A stretch of 64,000 nt of DNA from Paraspadella gotoi (taxonomy: Eukaryota; Animalia; Chaetognatha), in assembly GCA_051294375.1 (NCBI GenBank), contig JBJCIZ010001666.1, positions 46,994-110,993 on the forward strand, given 5' to 3'. Of this stretch, positions 61,797 through 64,000 are shown piece by piece. The position numbers and the translations under genes are program-made. The notes under the pieces are model-generated. The model was given only the letters and a program-made list of their open reading frames with translations. It had not been told where the DNA came from and searched no databases. Position 1 is the stretch's first letter. Every line of letters starts with the position of its first letter.

Positions 61797-62886
61797 TGAA
61801 ATAAAAATATTTGATGTTAAAATATCGTAAGGCGGACGTAAGATTAAAATGGATGCGATAGAACCGAGATTCGAGATGGCACGGCGACACGGCGCCGCGA
61901 CGCTGAGTCGTTATTAAAAACACTTAGTTTCGCCGATGAAAACACTTTGTTTTGCCGTGGTTAGCTCAGTTTTTATTTCTCAATACTACAGTTCAATGCA
62001 CAGACTTTATGCATACACAGTAAAATCATAGACATAAAATCAATAATAACTGGCTTAGAATTTACACAGTACAATCAATGCTATCCCTACTACAAAACCT
62101 TAGTACTATTTACTTTTCTACTTAGATATTACCATACTTTTTGACCAGACAATGTCAGCTTTGGAAGCAACAATATTTAATATTCTTTAAACCTTAATTA
62201 TTTTAGGCTCCTTTTAGCCCTCTGAAAGCAAGACTCCCTTGTCCGTCACTAAGTTCCTTCCAGGGTCCCTTCAGTATGCTAAGGCGCTCCAGGCCTTTCC
62301 CGTCAGGCACTCCTGGCCAAGGACCCTTTATTTTTCTGATTATTGTCAGAGTTTTTAACCACCTTTTTATTTTTCTGACTATTGTCAGAGTTTTTATCCA
62401 CCTTTTTATTTTTCTGACTATTGTCAGAGGGAGTCTAGCTTTCAAGGAGGGACGTATGTGACTCCCCTGATGCTCAGAACGCTCTTGCTTTTATAGCCCT
62501 CAAGTTGGTCACGTGACTAGATTAAGATCTTGCTTTCTTAAAGAGCCAATATTTTGCTTTCTTAAAGAGACAAAATTTTGCTTTCTAATTTGCTAAAATT
62601 ATGCCCAAATAAGGAAATATTTAGCTTTTCCCAAAGCTAACACGCATTTAAAATGCCCAAATAAGGCAATCGTTTGCTTTTGCAAAAGCTATTGCTTTTT
62701 AATCATAACCAAATAAGGAAGTTTGTAGCTTTTCCAAAAGCAACCAAATAATTAATAGTGATTTATAAATAGCAAGAAAAGTAATACTTAACGTAAATAT
62801 TTTAACGTATTATATATTTTAACCTTTTCTACGCTAATAATTGATCTATTTAACATAAAAAAGTCGTCCCCTACTTTTTTATTACA
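61797..62886 (-). mobile_element. LTR of an LTR retrotransposon (5' LTR; internal region truncated at ~61366)
   Basis: TG..CA ends with inverted TG(T/A)AATAAAAA, minus-strand TATAAAA (~62490) and AATAAA (~61975), internal 39-bp tandem repeats, adjacent PBS. Confidence 0.75.
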
Positions 62887-64000
62887 GTGATTCATCCAAT
62901 CATCGAGTCCTTGGTTGAAATCACCCGAGTCGCTGATCCGATTCGATTCCGATTCAATTCCGATTTGATTCCGATTTGATTCCGATTCCGTTCCTTCGAT
63001 GTTATGATTAGCTGATTGGCTAAATCGAATTGTATACTAATGTAATCTTGAAATCGCATCGTATTTTTTAGTTTTCCTTTTAGCACATTTGGCTTTTCTC
63101 TTGTGTACATCCCCTTTTTAGATTCTTTCCCCAAAAGGGTTTAGAGAATGACTTAAATACGAGTTTTCTTTTGTCCGCTCCGACCCTTCCAAGCGAGGGC
63201 ATTCCTCTCCTCCTCCTTATGCAAATTCTTTCTCGCATTTCTCCACATTCACAACAAGGGATCCATTCACGCTCAAGAATCATTAATTCCTTCTTTCCCG
63301 GCGAAACTACCGACGGCAGCGGCTCGAAATAATACGAGAACAAACCCTTTCATTTTTTTGCTTTGGAGATTTCAGGGTTAGAAAAAAAAGCGCGAAAAGG
63401 GCTCTACTCCCGCTTCGGGTATTTTAGACAATGATTTTGGAATTCGAATAATTGTCATTTATTTTCATCTCGCTGATAAATATAGGACATTCTTCAGTTA
63501 AAAAAACGGTTGGCTATATATAGTTATCTTTTACTTGTAAAGTAGAGCACACTAGGTAAACTTCAATGCCTTCAAAATACGGTAAGACATGATTTCTTTC
63601 ATGACAAACAATCAAATCTCGTTATCAGCTTAATTTAAGAAATAGGTACAGGGGATTTTACATGGTAAGAGAAACTTTTAACGATTAAATTGCTCATACC
63701 AATTATAACGTCATTGAGATTCACAGGACTCTTCAGGAAAAGATGACACATAATCTTTTTGTTTCTTACACTCTCTCTTTCTTTTTCCTTCTCTCTTTCT
63801 TCTTTTCTGTCAATCTCTCTTTCTTTCCTTTAATCCTCCTCTCTTCCCTTTCCTCTCTCTCCCTCTCTTTTGCCTCTTTTCCTTTACTATTTCTTTCTTC
63901 CTCTTTCTTCTTTCTTCCTCTATCTCTGATCTTCTTCTTTCTTCTCCGATTCTGTCTCTACTTTCCTACTATCTCTTCTTTTCTCTCCTTCTCTTGTTCT

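Overview
Eukaryotic (probably animal) scaffold: AT-rich, rich in (GA)n microsatellites, with N-gaps and stretches of single-base indels that suggest noisy long-read gap filling. The centre (~18.1-44.6 kb) is an endogenous Maverick/Polinton (polintovirus) carrying the full virus toolkit: protein-primed PolB, packaging ATPase, retroviral-type integrase, major and minor capsid proteins, adenain protease, basic core proteins, plus PC4-like and RING proteins. The most unusual feature is that its genes carry many GT-AG spliceosomal introns. There are six in the PolB catalytic half (one splits the DTDS motif), one just before the ATPase Walker A, four in the RING gene, and several in two terminal micro-exon genes, while the capsid/protease/integrase block is intronless and intact. 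Both flanks hold kb-scale palindromes, which are either biological or read/assembly artefacts. A decayed second Maverick (protease plus core gene) lies at 0.1-1.1 kb. Outside the element are a hAT-like transposase pseudogene with two nested insertions, DINE-1/Helentron-like elements, tRNA-derived SINEs, a minimal hammerhead ribozyme, a structured repeat with covarying stems, a satellite, and an LTR with a tRNA-Lys primer-binding site. All calls are by eye; no database searches were run.
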